64,000 nt of DNA from an uncultured Clostridium sp. (GTDB lineage Bacteria; Bacillota; Clostridia; TANB77; CAG-465), in the NCBI GenBank assembly GCA_948470565.1, contig CAOKPF010000001.1, positions 5,866 to 69,865 of the forward strand. Reading direction: 5' to 3'. Within the stretch, counting starts at the first letter, position 1; each line of letters begins with the position of its first letter. Below, piece by piece: positions 60,847 through 64,000 of the stretch. Made by a program: the position numbers and the translations under genes. The notes beneath the pieces are model-generated. The model saw only the letters and a program-made list of their open reading frames with translations. It had not been told where the DNA came from and made no database searches.

Positions 60847-62124
60847 ATGTTGTATGAATTATTTATACTATGGTTTGTATTATTGTTTATTATGCAAATA
60901 GTTTATTTATTTAAATCTATTAAAACAAAGTATAATAAAAATTGGATAATTCTATTCATTTCTTGTATTTCATCAATATTTAGTGCTATATTACTTTGTA
61001 TTTATTCCTTATTTAATGCACCTTATCTTGGTTGGAATGTTTTGTTAAACTTTTTTCTAGGTGGGGGAGCAGTCATTAGTTATGTGATTGTATTATTAAT
61101 TAGTACAATATCAAAACTTGTAGAGAGAATAAAAGATAAAAAATTAAATATTAGTAGAGAAAAACTAGAAAAAAATGTTATTAAAAAAACTATATGCGGT
61201 ACATTTTTAACAATATTTTTAGTATCAACCTGTATATATGCAGTAGACTATTCTATATGTATAATTCAGGAAAAAATAGACTTAAAAAAAGAAGAGGAGC
61301 AAAAAATAAGTAAAGAAAAAGAAATGGTAGAATATATTAACAATAAATATGAACTTAGCCTTAGTATTAATGATATAATTTATTATAGAAAAGAAGATTA
61401 TAGTGCAGATATAGGATTGTTAGCAACAAGAAAAAATAATATCCCAAATATTGCTATATTTAAAAATAATACTCAAAAAATTACTGTTATTGATAGAAAG
61501 GGATTTTTTTCTGATGATGGACAACTAAAACAAATTAATTATTATATAGCAGATTATTTTAGCAAAATTGTTGGAACTGATATAGAATTTGTTCAAGTGA
61601 GAAAAACATATAATGGAAATATTGAAGATGGCACAATAAATGAAGTTTTACAGTATGGTTTTAATGAAAAGATAACAAGCTATAACATAAATAGATTTAT
61701 AGATTATTTACTTTCAGAAGAGGATTTAGAATTAATTTTCTATATTAAAGATAGCGAAAACAGAACGGACTTGATTAATTTACTTACTGATAAATTAAAT
61801 TATTTAAAAGAATACAAAAATATTGAGAGAGTAATGTTTTATATATACGATAAGAATGAAACTTTAATAGTAAATAATATTGAAAATGACTTAATAGCTC
61901 TTGATGGTAAAAAAGAACGTGATTTTAAATTTGATTATTATTACGTACCAAATAAGTATGAGTATTACTATCCAGAAACTAGTAGTACTGCCTATAAATT
62001 TAAAGATGAAAAATTTAATACTTTTTTAGTATCGGCTTATTTGACTTTAAATAGAGGATATGGAGCTGGTCAAGGAAATAGGCAATATAGTGTGAAAAAT
62101 GGTTGGTATGTATTTGTATACTAA
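60847..62124 (+). CDS. hypothetical membrane protein
   Basis: Four N-terminal TM helices plus a ~280-aa soluble domain. No recognised motif. Confidence 0.45.
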   Translation: MLYELFILWFVLLFIMQIVYLFKSIKTKYNKNWIILFISCISSIFSAILLCIYSLFNAPYLGWNVLLNFFLGGGAVISYVIVLLISTISKLVERIKDKKLNISREKLEKNVIKKTICGTFLTIFLVSTCIYAVDYSICIIQEKIDLKKEEEQKISKEKEMVEYINNKYELSLSINDIIYYRKEDYSADIGLLATRKNNIPNIAIFKNNTQKITVIDRKGFFSDDGQLKQINYYIADYFSKIVGTDIEFVQVRKTYNGNIEDGTINEVLQYGFNEKITSYNINRFIDYLLSEEDLELIFYIKDSENRTDLINLLTDKLNYLKEYKNIERVMFYIYDKNETLIVNNIENDLIALDGKKERDFKFDYYYVPNKYEYYYPETSSTAYKFKDEKFNTFLVSAYLTLNRGYGAGQGNRQYSVKNGWYVFVY

Positions 62125-62293
62125 GTAAAAGTTTAATAAAAAAATAAAATTATAATTGTAGAATTAAAAAACATATTTTGGTAGATTTTCCCTTTTTGAA
62201 AATTTTGTGTAAATATAGAAAAAATATTGAAATGATTTTTTGAATGTATTATAATAGCATTAATATTATTTTTGTAATTTAGGGGGAGTAAAT

Positions 62294-64000
62294 TTGAAAG
62301 AGAAAAAAGCAAAGTTAAAGATAGATTTTGTACAAATGAGTAAATTTTTTGTAATAATTCAGATTATAATGTCTGTAATTTTAATAGTATCAATTTTAAA
62401 TTTAAAAGTATTTCCTATAAAATATGTAATTTTGGTGTGTTTAGCTTTAATAGTATGTGCTGGAATTACGTTTATTGTAGGATTTCTAAAAAAGATAACT
62501 AATAGAAAAATAAAAGTTGCAGGTCTAATATTTTCAGTTATAATAGATATAATTTGTTGTATTGGAAGTATATATTGCTTTAAAACAGCCGATTTTATAA
62601 ATGATATTTCTTCATCTGAATATACAATACAAAATTATTCAGTTATAGTATTAAATGATAGTAAATATGATGAAATTGATGATTTGAGAGATAAAACTAT
62701 AGGATATTTTGATAATTCAGATGAGGGGACTGATAGTGCATTAGAAAAGCTTAAAGAAGTAGTATCAGCAAAGTTTAATTCTGTGCAAGATACTGGTGAA
62801 CTATATGATAGCTTAATGAGTAATAAGTCTGATGCAATTTTATTAGAAGAAACGTATATGAATATTTTAGGTGAAGAAATATCTGATTTTTCAGAAAAAA
62901 CAAAGGTTATATATACATTTAGTGTAGAAGTTAAAACTGAAGAGGTTTTAAAAGATGTTGGAAATATTACGAGTGAACCATTTAATGTGTATATTAGTGG
63001 AATTGATACATATGGAAAAATTGCAAAAGTTTCAAGAAGTGATGTAAATATTATTGCAACAGTTAATCCAAGTACTAATCAAGTACTACTTACAAATATA
63101 CCTAGAGATTATTATGTTCAATTAGATGGAACAACTGGTACTAAAGATAAATTAACTCATGCAGGTATATATGGAGTTGATAAATCATTAAAGACATTAG
63201 AAAATTTACTTGGTATAGATATAAATTATTATTTTAAAGTAAATTTCACATCTGTTGAAGACGCAGTAAATGCAATAGGTGGTGTTACTGCATATTCAAA
63301 ATATACATTTACTTCATATATAGGTAATTACTATTTTAAAGAAGGATATAACAATATGAATGGCGCACAAGCACTTGCTTTTGCAAGAGAGAGAAAATCT
63401 TTTGCAGAGGGTGATATAATGAGAGGGCAAAATCAACAAGCAATAATCGAGGCGTTTATTAGAAAAGCTACAAGTAAGACAATTATAACTAAATATACAA
63501 CTATATTAAATTCGCTTAGTGGAAAATTTGAAACTAATATGAGTTCAGATAATATAATAGAATTAGTAAGAAGTCAGCTAGATAAAGGAAAATCATGGAA
63601 TATTACCTCTATAACACTTAGGGGAACTGGTTCTAGTCAGTATACATATAGTTGTGGAAATCAAAAATTATCTGTTGTATTACCAAATGAAGAATCATTA
63701 GCAGAAGCTAAAAATAAAATCAAAGCTGTGTTAAATGGAGATGTATTGGAATCATCATATGGTGAAGTAACTAATCCTAGAGATACAACTCAAGTTGTAA
63801 CAAATAAACCTAGTAATAATAATGTACAGAATAATAACGTAAATAATGATACTAAAAAAGATGAGCCTAAAAAAGACGAAAATAAAACAACAGATAATAA
63901 TAAAACTAATGTTAAAGATAAAGAAGATGAAAATAAAAATACTAATAATAATGTTAATAATAGCAATACTACTAATAATAAGGATAAAGATGATAAGGAA
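62294..64000 (+). CDS. LytR-CpsA-Psr (LCP) family cell-envelope protein, 3'-truncated by window end
   Basis: TTG start after AGGGGGAG. N-terminal TM. LCP domain (ISGIDTYG...NIPRDYYVQL...HAGIYG...AIGGV). Low-complexity N/K/D-rich C-terminal tail running off the window. Confidence 0.7.
   Translation, partial: MKEKKAKLKIDFVQMSKFFVIIQIIMSVILIVSILNLKVFPIKYVILVCLALIVCAGITFIVGFLKKITNRKIKVAGLIFSVIIDIICCIGSIYCFKTADFINDISSSEYTIQNYSVIVLNDSKYDEIDDLRDKTIGYFDNSDEGTDSALEKLKEVVSAKFNSVQDTGELYDSLMSNKSDAILLEETYMNILGEEISDFSEKTKVIYTFSVEVKTEEVLKDVGNITSEPFNVYISGIDTYGKIAKVSRSDVNIIATVNPSTNQVLLTNIPRDYYVQLDGTTGTKDKLTHAGIYGVDKSLKTLENLLGIDINYYFKVNFTSVEDAVNAIGGVTAYSKYTFTSYIGNYYFKEGYNNMNGAQALAFARERKSFAEGDIMRGQNQQAIIEAFIRKATSKTIITKYTTILNSLSGKFETNMSSDNIIELVRSQLDKGKSWNITSITLRGTGSSQYTYSCGNQKLSVVLPNEESLAEAKNKIKAVLNGDVLESSYGEVTNPRDTTQVVTNKPSNNNVQNNNVNNDTKKDEPKKDENKTTDNNKTNVKDKEDENKNTNNNVNNSNTTNNKDKDDKE

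Overview
The window is a very AT-rich (about 25-28% GC) chromosomal segment from a spore-forming Firmicute (Clostridium-like), mostly a conserved housekeeping and sporulation backbone. Backbone genes, in order: yqfC-yqfD-ybeY-dgkA-cdd; SRP RNA-dnaX-ybaB-recR; murI-lepA-rlmB; tadA; spo0A; thioredoxin/ccdA; sepF-divIVA; rny; gatC-gatA-proS-gatB; rsmD; ftsK; def; bofA; sleB-ypeB; tRNA-Lys-prfA; an LCP-family protein. Several accessory or unusual loci interrupt it. (1) A full-length IleRS homologue that has lost the HIGH and KMSKS motifs (a pseudo-synthetase). (2) A minus-strand operon of a zinc-ribbon protein plus four tandemly amplified small 3-TM membrane protein paralogues whose differences cluster in one extracytoplasmic Cys loop. 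(3) An IbrA/IbrB-like PAPS-reductase/ParB pair, a transglutaminase/vWA pair, and a frameshifted amidase with a decayed tandem duplicate. (4) An XRE regulator, a PLP desulfurase-like gene, a Cys-rich protein and an SplB-like radical SAM gene, next to duplicated alpha/beta-type SASP genes. (5) A roughly 700-nt ORF-free, comparatively GC-rich region that is a candidate large structured ncRNA. (6) A divergent second Spo0A-like regulator with a palindromic pair of 0A boxes upstream, whose 3' end runs into a GC-rich nested-hairpin element. (7) A ToxN/AbiQ type III toxin-antitoxin module with a ToxI-like RNA repeat, inserted at the 3' end of prfA and flanked by a 91-bp direct duplication. No CRISPR array and no rRNA were seen.
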